Assembly (NCBI GenBank): GCA_964016885.1
Contig: OZ024742.1
Location: 47,120,001-47,184,000, forward strand
Source: Eledone cirrhosa
Taxonomy: Eukaryota
Direction: 5' to 3'
DNA length: 64,000 bases
Shown here piece by piece: positions 11,931 to 27,276 of this stretch. Made by a program: the position numbers and the translations under genes. Numbering within the stretch: the first letter of the stretch is position 1; every line of letters starts with the position of its first letter. The notes under the pieces are model-generated. The model did no database searches and had not been told where the DNA came from. It saw only the letters and a program-made list of their open reading frames with translations.

Positions 11931-14900
11931 TCTAATAATGAAATATTTGATTGTAGTTCTCAATCAATATATAGATTTGAGTTTTACAAAAGGTCAAACT
12001 AGCTCAGTGGATAATATATCTCACATGAAATATTGAATTCCTAAACTTAAACTATTTACTGTAATAAGTAATTAATAGCTAAACCAATTAATAACTTGAA
12101 TAATCAACGACTTAAAGTTTCATTTATATATGACTTTTTATGGCTGAGGGCTTTTGGAATTAATATTGTAATTTAATTAATAACTTATTTGAACTTTTTT
12201 AAACTCACGTTGTTTATGGTTGAATGAATTTTGAGAGCAATTGTTTTCCTATTTATTTAGTGACAGTACGTGGAATAGTAATTAGTGTGCTGGGATAAGG
12301 ATCAACAAGGTTGCGAATTTGATCTTCGTAAATGAAGGCGTATTGCCTTTGCACAATATATTTTATTTCACATTACTCTAGTTGGCTAAGTTAGAGAATA
12401 TCATTTGATATGGCATTGCTGCCAAGTTATATCCTAGTTTGCTTTCCCATTGGACAACATTGGTGTCATGTAAGGAGAAGGCTTCAATTTATGGGTGACG
12501 GCTGGTGAATTTAATCCCTCGGAGTACTTAGTAAATTGTACAGAAAATACATGTGTTAAGCTAAAAATGGTAGGTAGTTCGTTAGCGTAGCCAATACACC
12601 GTCAATGTAAATAGTTTGATTACTCAATATCCCAACAGAAAGCATTTCCTTCGAAATACCATAGAGAATCAAAATTAGAAATTATGTAGAGAAGCCAAAC
12701 GAGAGATTACATAGTGAAACAAATGAAAGGATATGTAGAGAATCAAAATGAATGAGATCACGTTGTAATAATAGGTTCTACATCACAGAAAACATGTTTT
12801 ATAGAATGCAAATTTCTACTGGAATTACATCTGTAAATTTAAATTGTATATAAAAAGTAATGTAATTATGAAATTATGTTGTAGAGATATTCCTTTGGTG
12901 GTCTCTATGTTGAACTCAAAATTATAATAGTACCTTTTCTATGGAGAACAAAACCGGAAAGACATGAAGTAAACAAATAATATATATTCGTTTATTTCAA
13001 AAGTATATTTTAAATCAATTTTACTTCAAAGAGTATTGATAATTTCAATATCTTGCATTGGTTACATTTCTTTTTATATACGCATACATATGTATACATT
13101 AACACACACATACGCATACACACATACGCATACACCCATACACATAAGCATACACACGTATGTGTATAATGTGTATATATATAATGTTTGTGTGGGGCTG
13201 TTTCTGCCATTTTTCCTTTTTAGAGTTGCATCATTACCTTTTCACAAAATTTAAATTACGATGGAAAATGATTTACTGTTTTGTTTAATTGCTGGTTAGG
13301 TTTCTCGGTATAAAAACGACGCAAGTAAAAATTCTTGTGTAAAGTCTGATGTATATCTTGTTATATTAATTTTCCTCGCACCATAGATTTGAATAGGTTT
13401 CCTTTGTTTTTATTTTTAGAAAATATATTTAATCTGTATGTATCCTATTTAAACGACATACATTGTACCCGTACGAGCCGTAATAGGCAACTAAATGGGT
13501 TATAGTATCCATCCGTAAATTATTCCCTCAAAACGAACCGCATGAATCCCATCATATTGCTTGGGAGGAGAGCTATTCCTTTAGCTAGCTCATTAATATT
13601 TCTACTCTGTATTAATATTTCTACTCTTGTCTTTCATAACTAGATTAGTGTATTATCTTTAATATTTCTGAATTTAAACCTGGGACCTAACACAGCCTGT
13701 TCATTTGAACATGAATTCAACAGTTCAAAAATATGACTTTATCCTGAATTTAAACGTGTATTTCAGCTTTAGAACAGATACAAACCTCCGACAAAAATGC
13801 GATGTTTCATTATAAACCGAATGAAAAGAAATTTAGCCGGTAAGTCTGTGGTAAGTTCAAACAGTTGATCTTTCATATATGTTTGTTATATTCGAACCCC
13901 ACTGTCATCTGACAATAGCTCAGCACCGAACTAGGAATCGATAATTAATTATATTTTGACAGTGAATAGATCAATAACTCATATATGCTCACCCCCTCAC
14001 CCGTACACACTCACTCACACGCACGCGCGCGCACACAGACACATACACACATTATATGTATTAAATAAACACAAAGAGATTAATGGTTAAATATGTGTGT
14101 ATATAGGATTCGATATAAGTGAGCGGGTACGTGGGTGGGTGTTTTCTACGATAGTTTGAAAGAATTTAAGCAATGAAAATAGACGAAAACTGATCTTGAA
14201 TATAATTATACACGGAGAAAATAATCGTTTCATACAGACGTTCCATTAATCAAATTATAATTAATTAATTTCAGATATTCTTTGGCTACGAAACAAATTC
14301 TAAAGAGCAACGAGATTTTAGTAAAAAAATATTTTGCAATATGATAATAATTAATGCTAATTATAGTGATTATTTTTAAACACAGGATTGCAGATAGAGT
14401 GTATCGATGTGTGTAATCAACAAATAACAGTTTCGTGTATGTTAGTATATATGTGTGTGATTTATGCGTGTTTTTATTGGAGTATGTCCGTATATTTCTG
14501 TAAATGGGTAGTGTCACACAGTATGAAGTTATTTGTTTGTGAATATGTATGCAGCGACGTTGTAAATGTATGATGCAAGAGGTGAAAATGGATATCCAAC
14601 TAAATCCTCGAGAAATCGTAACCTAAGAGATAAAGATAGGACTGGTCAGAATAAAATGTGATATAATAATAGTCCAAGTAATGAAAATAGGACTAATCAG
14701 AAGAAAACAATTATATCTATAGAAGATTTGTGGTCCGGTAAAGAATGTAATGGAACGACAATTGATGTAACGTTCTTCACCGAATAAAAGGGAACTTTCC
14801 CTACAAAGATACCTCTAAATGAAACATGATTACATTAAGCTGTTTACAATTTAATGAAGGGTTTGTGAATGTTTTTAGTCGTATCATCTTTTAAAAAATA

Positions 14901-16359
14901 AAAACTCACGCAAAGTGTGTGAAATGATGTATCAGTTTAAACTCGGTCGTAGTGCAGCACACATGTCTAGGAGCCTCAATGCAGTGTAGGGTCAATGAGG
15001 GGGAAATAAATTCACAATGCAAGGTTGGTTTCAAACATTCCGCCATGGTGAATTCACTTTCGAAGTTACAGACGGTCGTTACTACATATGCTTGAATAAA
15101 TAGAGTTGAATAAGCAGCAGAAGAATTGATCGATCATAGTTCATTATTATAATAGATCACATGGTATCACATTTTTTTTTCATAAATAGGTATCATTGAA
15201 CAGACACCATTCCAGATTAATTGAACATATGACTAATATTGCATAAGGGGTTTAGTGGTGAATTTAAATGTATCTATGGGTGTAGTAGTTATAAACATAG
15301 TCATATACAATCTGTTCAGAATATCATGTGCAGGATTTAAGCACGTTGCTCACATCATGATAGAAAGGCATACACAATACTATCACCGTAAATGTTTCTA
15401 TTTGTTGCTGATAACTTCCTGGTGGTGCTATGTTGTCTAAGAAGGAGGCGCTACTATTAGAGTCAACTTAGCTAATCATTTCATTCCTAATATCTATAAA
15501 AAGTATAGCAAGCATAAGCAGGGATATGGATCAATAGTATACGAATGATATATAAACTAACATTAAGCCGGACGTGGCACTAATCTAACACGTGTCTGTC
15601 CCTTCAGATAACGCAAATAAGTACTTCTCTATTCTGCAGACATATAAATGATAAACTATTGAAAACATGTGAGATAGTGATTCGTTTGCAAAATGTGTGA
15701 GTAATTGACGTGAAATTAAGTACTTTACAGTGGTAAGAACGAGCCATCTCAAAGGAATAGATAAATGATAGAACTAAACAAATCAAAACAGTGAATTGTC
15801 ACTATTTGATCTATTTGTAATGTGTGATATTCACTTTGTAAATATATCACACCTTACTAAACCATGTATCTACTTATTGTGATAAGGAAGTCTTTGAGAT
15901 TGTAAAGCAACTGAAATTAGTAAGATATTGTTACACTCCATGCCTGAAGCCTCTTTTATTCAAAGACATTCGTGAATTTTCCGATCAAATGTATATTTAT
16001 ATATGAAATGGAAATCTACTCGTCTTCCGACTCTGTTAGAACATTTACCAAAACACGGAAATACGCTTTCGAGTAACTCTTCCAATAACAAAAGGTGTTT
16101 GTTTTCAGAGAGAGACAGGAAGTAATTTATTTTCAGCCTAATATGTACGGTCGCATAAAACGTGTGAATATTGACAAAGACAAACAATTATGTTCTGGTG
16201 GCATTTAAAGAAATGTTTATGCTTGCTCAGTAGTGATGTTATAGGACTAAGAATCAACTGACACTCACTTGTAATAATGATAATACTGTGGGGCAGAAAT
16301 AAAGCAATGCAATCAGAAGATGTTTCAAATTAAAGTGTTGTTCTAATGATAAGTAAACT

Positions 16360-16550
16360 CAGTGAATTGGTCGAGTCATTAGTACGTCGTACTGCTGCGA
16401 CATTCGTTTGAATCTCCACGTTCTCTGAGTTCAAATCCCGCCGAGGTTAATTTTACTTCTCCTACTTTTGAGACTGATAAAATTGTACTAGTCCAATATT
16501 AGGTGGAGTCGTGCATATCCTCACTTCATTCGATCTAATTTACTCTCTCC
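16360..16550 (+). mobile_element. SINE-A, diverged copy
   Basis: ctgagttcaaatcccgccgaggttaa core and flanks similar to the other copies. Confidence 0.7.
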
Positions 16551-16844
16551 TTCTCTGAAAGAAATCGGCTACGTCCAGACATGGTAAGACGATAGTATCT
16601 GCTAAGTTTCGAATGACCAAGACTCGGAGTATGCCCCGGCGGTGCACTTTCGATTCCACCAGGTGTTACAATTTTATACATATGTACATTGGTACTTTAA
16701 ATAACACGCGGAAAAAGAAATGCCTTGAGCACAGCAAACATATCTACAACAAGGGAAGCAGTTATGAAAATATGTCAAAAATAGTTTACTGTTAAATAGT
16801 AAACATTTTATCATAATCTATTCGTCTACATATTCGCGAGAGGG

Positions 16845-17160
16845 TTGTGGGAGTAGAGTTGTCAAACACTCCTTCCAGTGGTTCTGTCAGAACCAACTGT
16901 CTCCAACTGATCCTCAAGAAAGACCAGCCATGCTCATGGATTTTATCCAAGCACCTTCCTCGGAGTTTACGCCTGCGTATCCTGCTGGTTGGTTTTACCT
17001 GTTAAATCTGTCCAGTGACATTCTAACCACATGCCCTTAGTATGGGAATAGTGATCTCTCAATTTGGAGAATTAGCGGCTCTACCTAGAGTGATTCTCTG
17101 ATCTGCGAGCAACGCCCTCTATCGAGTAACTTTACTCCCAAAACCCCTCGGAGAAACCCC
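16845..17160 (-). mobile_element. RTE-clade LINE 3' fragment (pseudogenised)
   Basis: The minus strand translates GFLRGVLGVKLLDRGRCSQIRESL*VEPLILQIERS..Y*GHVVRM, typical of the RTE C-terminus. Confidence 0.8.
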
Positions 17161-17521
17161 ATTCAGTAAAAATATTTGATTTTATAATCAATTTGTTTGT
17201 TCAAATTTTATTACTAAAAATATGGAAATAATGTAAACCCACAAATGTCGAAAATAACTGTTTACACAAATTCTTTCAACCAAAGACAACACGAGTCAAT
17301 CAACTAGAAATATTACGACTTTTCTCATATCTACAAATTTACAACTCCATATGCATAATTCATATATAGAAGACCAAATTAATCAAAATATGTAAATTTA
17401 TATTTATATATATACATACTTACACACGCACACAACAGGCCCACACACAACGCACATAAATATACATATATATATCGCTCTCCCTCTCACTCGCTCTTCC
17501 CCTCTCTCTCCCCTTTCTATC

Positions 17522-17579
<58 letters not shown>

Positions 17580-19015
17580 CAACGACACAATGTCTGTTGA
17601 ATCTACTTCTTACAGTGACTCAAAACCATACTTTTATTAAACATAGTTGTAACCTTGGTAACAATTTTAACTTATATATTATATGTCTCTGTTTGTGCAT
17701 GTAAAGGCTTTGGTGTGTGTTCTGACGCGGGATTCCAAATCGTATCTTCAATGACTCGTGTCAGGGCATCCCAATAGATGATGAAGTAAAATAGTACATA
17801 CGCTCTATATAAACTACATTTTTGCCAACAAGTTATATTATGGGAGGGCAACTTTCAAGATATTTTCTTTTGATAAGGTCACTGAGACACGGAAAAAAGT
17901 TGTACATTTTTGCAAATTCCGAATTATGACAGGAAATCACAACCTCATTTGACTAGTTAAATAAATACAGAATGTACAAACAAACGAGAATTGATGGTGT
18001 TTTTAGAGCGTCATGCAGTAGTAATAGATTTGAAATAGATTCAATTTCTCACATCATTCAACTGTTTTTAATATAAATTGAATGTCAGTATCTCATCAAG
18101 AACATTTAAAAATAATCTTCCTTTGTTTAGTGATACATGTAGAGCAAAACCAATTATATGCTTCTTATTCTTTCGTGTAAATGATCTCAATTTCATCTAA
18201 ACGACAAAATAGCTTTCTTTTCGGCATTTAGAATGAATGACTTATAGACGATAGATCGTATGTGTTGATAAAGGAGGAAACTTAGAGACTTGCGGAATAG
18301 AAAAGAAAATTGAAGCTGAAACATACAAGTGTTAAGGAAATACGAAAACACACAGAAAAAATATAATCTTCCTTTCTGTAATGGAATTTTGTGACTAAAA
18401 TGTCTTCAAAATATTCTTAACTGAGCAAAGATTATTCTAGAAAAAGCTCGGGCTTATGCTTCGCTTGAAAAAACCATTAATATCACTGATTGATGTTGGA
18501 ATAGTTGTTTTAGATTTCGTAAAAATAGAAGTAGAATGCAGAATATTGATCGACGATACACTCACATCATGGTTCCATTGATAAATTACACTAATAACTG
18601 ATATGTTTTTGGATAGTAAAATAGTTGTTGATTTATCAAATAGTTTTAACGGCTGAACTTGCTCAAAATAGTTGTTCGACGACGAAATAACATTTCAGAT
18701 AAAACAAATGCTTAAGAAATCAAAAGCAAATTGATTAACAATTCATTATTATTGTTGACTTCTGAAACCCAACCCCAAATATTGTAATAATGGTAAATTT
18801 GATATTTAGTTACCATTTCAAAATATCTTCATCATGAGACGACACGTGTTTAAGTACAATTGAGAACAGGACTGGCAGAAATTCTTCATTGTTTACAGTA
18901 TATTGAAACTTTACTGGTCCCCATATAAATCATTTGATCTAACGGTTTTATATATGATATGCTTAATTTTCTGAGCTAAAGAATTGCACAAACCACATTG
19001 CTTTATGTAATTAAT

Positions 19016-19193
19016 TGTTTCTACTTTTGGCACAAGGCCAGTAATTATCCCAGTGTATTACTGGTACTTTATTTTATCGACCCCGTAAGGATGAAAGGCA
19101 AAGTTAACCTCGGCGGGATTTGAACTCAGTCCGTAAAGGGATATAACTGTGCTGCAAAGCATGGCGTCCGACCCTCCACCGATACTGCAAATC
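19016..19193 (-). mobile_element. SINE-A, near full length
   Basis: Reverse complement of 62272-62453. 20-bp TSD cattgctttatgtaattaat at 18996-19015 and 19194-19213. Confidence 0.9.
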
Positions 19194-22100
19194 CATTGCT
19201 TTATGTAATTAATGATTAATATTAAACATTGTATTAGAATAATATTAGTTCTTTCAAATGATACCTACATATATAAATAAGTCTGTTTGGACTATGGGTG
19301 GTTGTAATTGAGTTATATATATCAAACCCAAACAAGCTTAATTCTATTCTGATCCGTAATCAAATAGATCAAATGACTCTGAAATAAAGATGATGCTTCC
19401 TTCCACTCACTAGTTTCTGAGGCTTTGAAATAAATATACATCTGGAAAGGTCTTCTCTCCCTAAATAAGACTTGAAAAATTGAAATATTTCAGTGAAATA
19501 TTTCAGTTGCATTCTACTTGACCTGCTGACCTGCTTATATATACTAGATAGAAGCAGATGTTCTATTTAAGGGGATTTGGGTAACTACAGTAATTGTATG
19601 CAACTTCTAACCTAGATAGAAAGCTAGAAATTTAAGGGGACAATACACTATCGATCGTATTTCTCGACTACTACTTTATTTTATCCTTCAAATAACATGT
19701 TTTTATTTTATTGGAATGAATCACCGAAAATATCTTACTTGAGTGGTTTTTTTCTATCTTATCTAAAAACGATAGTCAAAACTATTTAATTGATACGTTT
19801 AGAGAAAAGTGAACTCTCCATCTTATTCATATGGAATGTATCACAATGGATTTATGTTAGGCCCATTTCTGTTCATAATTTACAACATAATTTCAGATTC
19901 CTTTCTTATCTGACATTTTTATTACGGTAAATGCCAGCCTGACAGTTTGAAAAGGCCATGTAAGGTTTTAGTGTTGGCGATTTTTTATGTTTCTACCAGA
20001 TAAAAAGAGACATATGAAAACTAGTTCTAATGGATAAAAGCAATAAATTAACATTGAAAAGAATGAAGGAGATATAAGATGCCAAACTTGAATTTAGCGC
20101 CTGAGCGAAATAAAATTACTTTTGAACAAAAAGACAATAGATTAAAGCTTAGTTTGAAGTCTGTAGTTCCTATGATATTTAGCGCGTATTTTAACCTTGC
20201 AGTCATCTAAAGGCAGATTATGTATTCAAGTAAAAACATCAATAATATTTTCCTATAAATTTCTACTTGACGTTTAGTAGAAGCAATATTAGGTGTTATG
20301 AAATACATACACGAGTTCCTATGTACATATATCTCTGTAGGTACATACACGCACACACACACACACATGCACACATACACACATGCACACATAAACACAC
20401 ACAGACATATATATATATACATGTGTGTGTGTGATGGTGCATAGCTTAGTGGTTAGCTCACATGATCATATGCATACCTACGAAAAGGTTTCTTTGAAAA
20501 ATATACCTTATCTAGAAAATCATGAGAAAACAGTTTAGGCAGTATATATACAGAGGGTGTTTCGTTGTGTCAGTGTGTGATCGTGTGTGCATGGGCGTGA
20601 AGGGTTCTTTTGTAAGTTGATTTGCCCGCAATTGTACCTAGATAAATACTATTAAACCCGTTGTTAACAATTTCTGAGGGAAGGTTAGCAGAAACTCCAC
20701 AACATGCAACTTAAAAGAAATATTGTGAACATACTTTCTGCAGAATTATCTAATATCTGTCAAAACCTTTGTCTATAGATATACTGGAAAAGTTTAGCAC
20801 AATATATGATATTGGTTTGCTATTTAGTCACATTTGATTCGTTGAACTGGTCAGGTATGTTTTGGCTCTTCTGCTTTTGAACACGATGTAGCAGGAATGG
20901 TTGTCTGGACACCAGTAATTTTGTTGATGTCTAGTGAACCCCCTGAAGATTCGTATTATACATAATCTCAATACCAACACATGCAATTGCACGTGAAACT
21001 GATGTATGCGTATGGGCCATGATAAATAATATGCAGATGGCATTTTCTGTCTTTAGAAAATCCAGTCTGATATCATATTTTGAAGCATTAATTTTCGGAG
21101 GCAAATATGTACTATTTTTGAAAATGTGTTACTCATATTATATTGTTTAATTTAAAGAGTGTATGTGACTTATGTACTGATTTCGATTCCTAATCCTATT
21201 AAATTAACACAGAATGAAATCAGGAATTCCGGAAACACAATGACTTCATTAATGTCAGTAACATGATGAAGTACTGGGAATCTTCAATGAATATTTCTTA
21301 AAAGGACAGAATCAAGTGAAATGATGCAAAGTGCAAAAGAGCGATATCTTAAAATTCAGGTTTGTGAATTTCATTAAACTCCTAACAGAATACAAAGCGT
21401 CTTTTGCAGAATTCAGTTATTAAGAGACTAAATGAATTCACACCTCGTTTGAAGAAATAAATCAACTCCATGATAAGTCAAATCTCTGAAGCTTGTCAAT
21501 TTTATTACTCTCAGGGTTTAGATCCAATAGTTTAGATCAGATACCTTTATTAAAATTCGCGGCTTCTACGTAGAAGCCAATATACTCTTAGAAATCAATA
21601 TCACGAATTCGATCAAATCTCAAGTGCTACTTATTTCTAATATCGTAGAGCAATAAAAACAAACATGATTAATATTTTGCAATATATTGTCTATAACTTA
21701 CATTTTAGGGTTGATCATTTGGAGATTTTAGAAATCGACACATACATATTTATTCAACCCTTCACATGCATTCCTACACACACACACGCATAACACGCAC
21801 ATGTGCATACGCGCACACAAACACAGACAAACACACACACACACACACACCCACACATATATATATATAAAGGAAAATTGTGAGTGAAAACATTTAAACT
21901 CAGTATGTTTGTGCACTTACAAATAGAAATATAGGGAGGAGAATGTGAAAAGTGGCGCCTATAACACAGCATATAAAACAAATTATCCCAGTACATTGAC
22001 TGAGAGAACTGTTTAAATCATGCGTTTATGGATCTTTTTTTACAACGATTCTTTATCTCCTGATGATATACACTTATTTAAATACATACTAGCGTAAAGT

Positions 22101-22261
22101 ATAAGTAATCTCCTCCATACTTGTATTATAATGTTTATAATTATTATTAACAATACTGTTATTATCATTGATCATATTTTCGCTATCCTATTTATGTATT
22201 TAATTATGAACTTTGTGTTGAAACCATCGTAAAGAATAACTGATTTAAGAATTTCTCTCTC

Positions 22262-22460
22262 TCGTCGTAATGTGTTATCTCCGATCCTATGGCTGTATGC
22301 TTAAAATGTCTCAGGAACAAATCGCTGGACAGATTTTACCAGCAAAAAAAGCGGCAGGAACACCAAAGGCAGAACTCGAGCAAGATGATGGTTGGATAAT
22401 ATCCATGAACTTGGCTGGTCTCGTTTGGAGATCCAGGTGGATCATTTGAAGACGGTTGTT
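22262..22460 (+). mobile_element. RTE-clade LINE 3' fragment
   Basis: LRSYGCMLKMSQEQIAGQIL...GRNTKGRTR...WLDNIHELGWSRL, homologous to 16900-17050. Confidence 0.7.
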
Positions 22461-23313
22461 TATATATCTATAAGTATTTTAGATGAGTTGGTAATACAAC
22501 CTTATAAGGCAAAAATAATTCAAAGTTCAAATGTTTTTATATAGTCCACGGTAAATTCCGATTCACAGTAGTTTTAAATAAAAGAGAGCATATATGAAAT
22601 GAATACAAATAACCAGCATTAAATGACATTCAATTATTTAATTCATTTTCGAACATTTATTTCAATACAATAGGAAATACCATTTTATTCCTCTGAATTG
22701 AATCGTTCATTAAAGAATATTAAATATAATTATTTATCAACCGCATGTCTGTACATCTTTTTTTTAACAATAAACATTAAAATATTATCGGTAAACCGTT
22801 AATAATTGTATGGAAGACTAAACGCACATATTTATATCTATTAGTAATAAATATACCTTGCACTAATTAAATTGGCTAGTACACGTATATTAAACTCAAA
22901 TAAACATTATAGGAATATAACTAGAACTTATAGATATAATAATACTTATTAATTGAAGTAACAACCAATTTTAATATTAACATTTATAAAGTATATTAAG
23001 AAAAACAGTACAAAAAATATGGAGCAAAATTTAGCAATAATGTATCAATCACTAAGATGACGAATTATTAAGGACTAATCGCAAAAAATCAGTATTTATA
23101 GAGGTGAAAAAATTATTTATAGAATTAAATCATAAGTTTACATTAAGCAAAACACATTTGATTACACACTCACACACACACACACACACACACACATGCA
23201 CACACACACATATATATATATAATTATGTACACCCACATATAAATATATATACACACACAGATACATACAGAGATACACACACATGTATATATATACACA
23301 TGCACACTTATGC

Positions 23314-23354
<41 letters not shown>

Positions 23355-23366
23355 GCACACTTATGC

Positions 23367-23421
<55 letters not shown>

Positions 23422-23578
23422 CTATATACTTATAGAATATACATGTTTTCATGATTCACAGCACTCATCTCCACAGGCATGCTTGTAATTATACCAACAT
23501 TCACATAGTTATGCACAGACATATACACATGCATTCAAAGATACACATACCCACACATACACACATAAACACACACAT

Positions 23579-23648
<70 letters not shown>

Positions 23649-23771
23649 GAATGTACACAGTTGTTACACATCATTATACGTTCGTGAATCAATTAAACAA
23701 TTTAATGTAATTCAATCCTGGTTATTTTTATTCATTATATATATCTATATATATATATATATATATAATTT

Positions 23772-23948
23772 AAATAACAGATTAAAGTGTATTCACAGAA
23801 TCGCTGCTTTCACCCTTCATTCTTTTCTTAAAATTTAATCTGTTATTTTAACAAATATTAGCTCTATGGTTTTATATATTTTTTAATATATATATTATCC
23901 TTATTGAGCCCTCTTCGGATTTTTGTCTTTACATTCATTATTAATACC
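23772..23948. repeat. Deleted copy of the 33642-33985 hammerhead-bearing repeat with a local inversion
   Basis: aaataacagattaaag..gaatcgctgctttcaccctt and gagccctctt(c/t)ggattt are shared with 33642-33985. aaataacagattaaa is re-read inverted at ~23833-23849. Confidence 0.7.
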
Positions 23949-25189
23949 ATATATATATATATGTGTGTGTGTATATATATATATACTTTTATTTATGGCC
24001 GTTCATTTGCTAGTTATGTCACGATGTTTGAGTTCTCAGCGTTCCGAAGTCCATCTTTTCTTCCTTCCTTTTGGTTCAATAAAATGTACCAAACCTCTCG
24101 TTTGTCGGTATTTGTTCACACATGCATTGACACCTAAAGTCGTCATTCAATGTCGAGTGATATTCGCGATATCGTATAAATAAGCACTCATGTGTATTTG
24201 CATATGTAATTGTGCTGATAGTACCCTCTTATTATACTTGCTATTTCGCATGCGTATACATTTAATTGACAGTATATAGCGAGATTATGCTACTAGCCAT
24301 TCAATTCCACACATACCAAAAGGAAATTCTCCTCATAATTTACGCCAGCTATTTGTGAAGGGACAAAATATCTGCAGCGAAGCGTCCCATTACACGACGA
24401 AACATCACAAACTCTGAATAATGATGCAAACAGTTATGTATCTAAAAAGGTTATGTTGCCAAAATTGCTCGACGTTAATAAAGTTGTTCTGTGTTCTACA
24501 AAGCTTAGAATATCTTGAGTTATTTGTACAAGCAGGAAATATACTAGATATCTTTTAATATCAATAATTCAAAGCCAGTAATGATCATCATATAGCAGGC
24601 CCTTTCCCTAATCACTCCTATCTTACAAATATATCGCGTTGTAAGAAGTATAATGGTAATATTTTCATTTTCGTATGTATATATGTGAGTGCGTGTGTCT
24701 GCATTTACAGACATATGAAAGACTGTGTAGATGTGTGAACACTTGTTATTCGTGTGTAGCCTTTGATGTGCGGTGCTTCAATATATTTCTTTATTGTTTT
24801 TCGTTGTTATAGTCAAGTATGGCCTCTATGTCACCTTTAATAGAAAAGAAATATTACCAAAGTTATTCTTCACGTGCAACCATTGAAGTGATCTAAAAGA
24901 TTTTGAAACTAGAAACAATTAGATTGTTACACTATTGATTGGTGATGTCGTCCATAATCCCTGAGAAGAGCAGAGTAGATGAAATACAACACTGGTGTGT
25001 ATGAGCGATATATTTACGATTAATAGCAACGTAGTTATTGACTGAATCAACACCTGAGACAAGTCTGTTCGCAAATGTCTTACGACACGTTTTACCAATA
25101 TACTTGTTTAGATCGATTGCTACTTCTTGCAATTAGGATATTGCTTTTTGTTATTTTACTCTGCTGAAATGATATTCCGTCTCTTTTTC

Positions 25190-25760
25190 CCATTCTTTCA
25201 TTGATATTAGCTATTTATTTTCGCTGTATCAGTTGATAAGACACGTGGGTTTCAATTATTAGTTAGGAAAACTTTTACCAGACAGTTTAAGCTGGTTGGC
25301 AATAGTTATATATAGCATTCGTTCAATCCCACTTCCTCGGTTTTTTATTCTACCAACCACCCCCTTTGAACGACTGAACCAAATTTCTATGTCTGATTGA
25401 TATCTTTATGCGATCTTATTTTTGTTGATTCTTCTTAGAAAGATATTGGTTCTTGCTTCAAAATTTGCTGTGATTTCACCGAGAATTGCTCTCAAATTCA
25501 ATTCAGCATTTATTTGGAAACCCAATGGTATTAAAGAGAAACCCAGAATTTATTCTACGTATTTCTACGAATAGATTTCAGCAAATTTGCCCATGGCATT
25601 CTTTCGTAAAGAATTGATTTTTCAATGAGATTCCCATCAAACTTTTATATTCATTATACATGTTCTTATTCCTTTTATCCCACCTATTATCTTTGTTGCT
25701 GGCTTTTATTCTGGTTCTATATGAATCTTTCTTTCTCTGAAGCCATTTACAGCAGAAGGT
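25190..25760 (-). mobile_element. Highly decayed R4-like LINE fragment
   Basis: Minus-strand KECHGQ motif followed by a QxQYL..KN-like segment in the order seen in R4 C-terminal domains. Heavily frameshifted. Confidence 0.4.
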
Positions 25761-25809
25761 CATATACTAACAATGTCTATAGAAGTATGATTATCTAATG
25801 AAACATATT

Positions 25810-25868
<59 letters not shown>

Positions 25869-25969
25869 GTATATATATTATACTATATTATATTATATAC
25901 ATATATATGTTATATATATTATATGTACATGTATATATATATATATATATATAGTTTTAATATAGATGA

Positions 25970-26018
25970 GATTCTACAGGACTAGAACTGTTTCATTCAT
26001 TAGAAATCATCAGAAATC
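25970..26018 (-). ncRNA. Type I hammerhead ribozyme
   Basis: GAUUU-CUGAUGA-U UUC UAAU GAA U-GAAACAG-UUCUAGUC-CUGUA-GAAUC. Same family as 38298-38398. Confidence 0.8.
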
Positions 26019-26471
26019 TGGGTATCAAAAAATAAAAATGGTATTTATAGGTCTCTACAAGTGGTAGGAGAGGGTGGGGAGTGGGATGGGTGTAGGTCAT
26101 TGGTTGATAGAAAAGGGAATTCATTAAAAGCTAATTCTACAAAGCTATAGTTTATTTTTATTTATTTATGTTTTTAGAGTAACAAGGGCAGACAGAATTC
26201 TATAAACAGGTTCCGGATGGCATACCATTCCTTGTCATTAAGTTTCCCTTAAGCTAACAGATGTCTATGGTCGATAGAATTAAAGAAAAGGGAGATTCTT
26301 TATATATATATATATATATATAACCAATGAATATAGTTTCACAATAGATTAAAAGCACTCTACAAAGAAGTTTTCTGGAATTATTAATATTATTCAGAAT
26401 ATTAATAAATGAAGACATTGCCAATACTGGTATTGAACCATCAAGACCGTTGAGGTATGTCAATTCATGTA

Positions 26472-26533
26472 TTTTATCTGACGAGGACGTACTGAAAAAA
26501 CAGCACAGTACCTTCGAAATATATATAATAAAA
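26472..26533 (+). ncRNA. Type I minimal hammerhead ribozyme
   Basis: UUUUAU-CUGACGA-G..GUACUG/CAGUAC..C-GAAA-UAUAUAUA-AUAAAA, with a palindromic stem III. Confidence 0.82.
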
Positions 26534-26576
26534 CATATTTTGATTATGTGAATGTCTTCATCTATTAATATTCTGG

Positions 26577-26642
<66 letters not shown>

Positions 26643-27226
26643 CATATTTATTATAATAACAGATTAAAGTTTAAGCAAAGAATTTGGATTTTATATATAT
26701 GCATGAATATGTGTGTTCGTGTGTATGTATGTGCGTTTGCATGAATGTCCGTCTGTATATATGTAAGTGCAAATATTTTTAATGTACGAAAACCCATCAT
26801 TGTTTTCCAGTAAATTAAATTTCAGTGTGTATTTCCATATATGGCTTTCTCAAAAATAACCTATTGATTTCACTTAGCGCACTGAAGATTTGCGTAATGA
26901 TATATATTATATATTACTCCAGCATCGTCATCATCCAGTGGATGAAATCCGTAGAAGTTTAAAAGAACAAAAGAAATATAAATGTGTGCATGTGTATGTG
27001 ATTGTGTACTACATGTATCTGCATACACACATACATACGTATACCCACATGAATCTGCATTAGACACTCATACACACACATACGGATACCCCCCACATAC
27101 CTCTCTCCCTCTCTGTCATTCTCTATCTCCCTGTATATATGTGTGTGTGTGTCTGTCTGTGTGTCTGTGTGTGTGTCTGTGTATGTGTGTGTGTGTGTGT
27201 GTGTGTGTTCTCTCTCTCTTTACACT

Positions 27227-27276
<50 letters not shown>

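Noticed and set aside
17800-21650. Possible decayed hAT transposase remnants (~17800-18900 minus, ~20700-21600 plus)
   Set aside because: Only vague resemblance in broken frames. It needs tblastn against transposase libraries.
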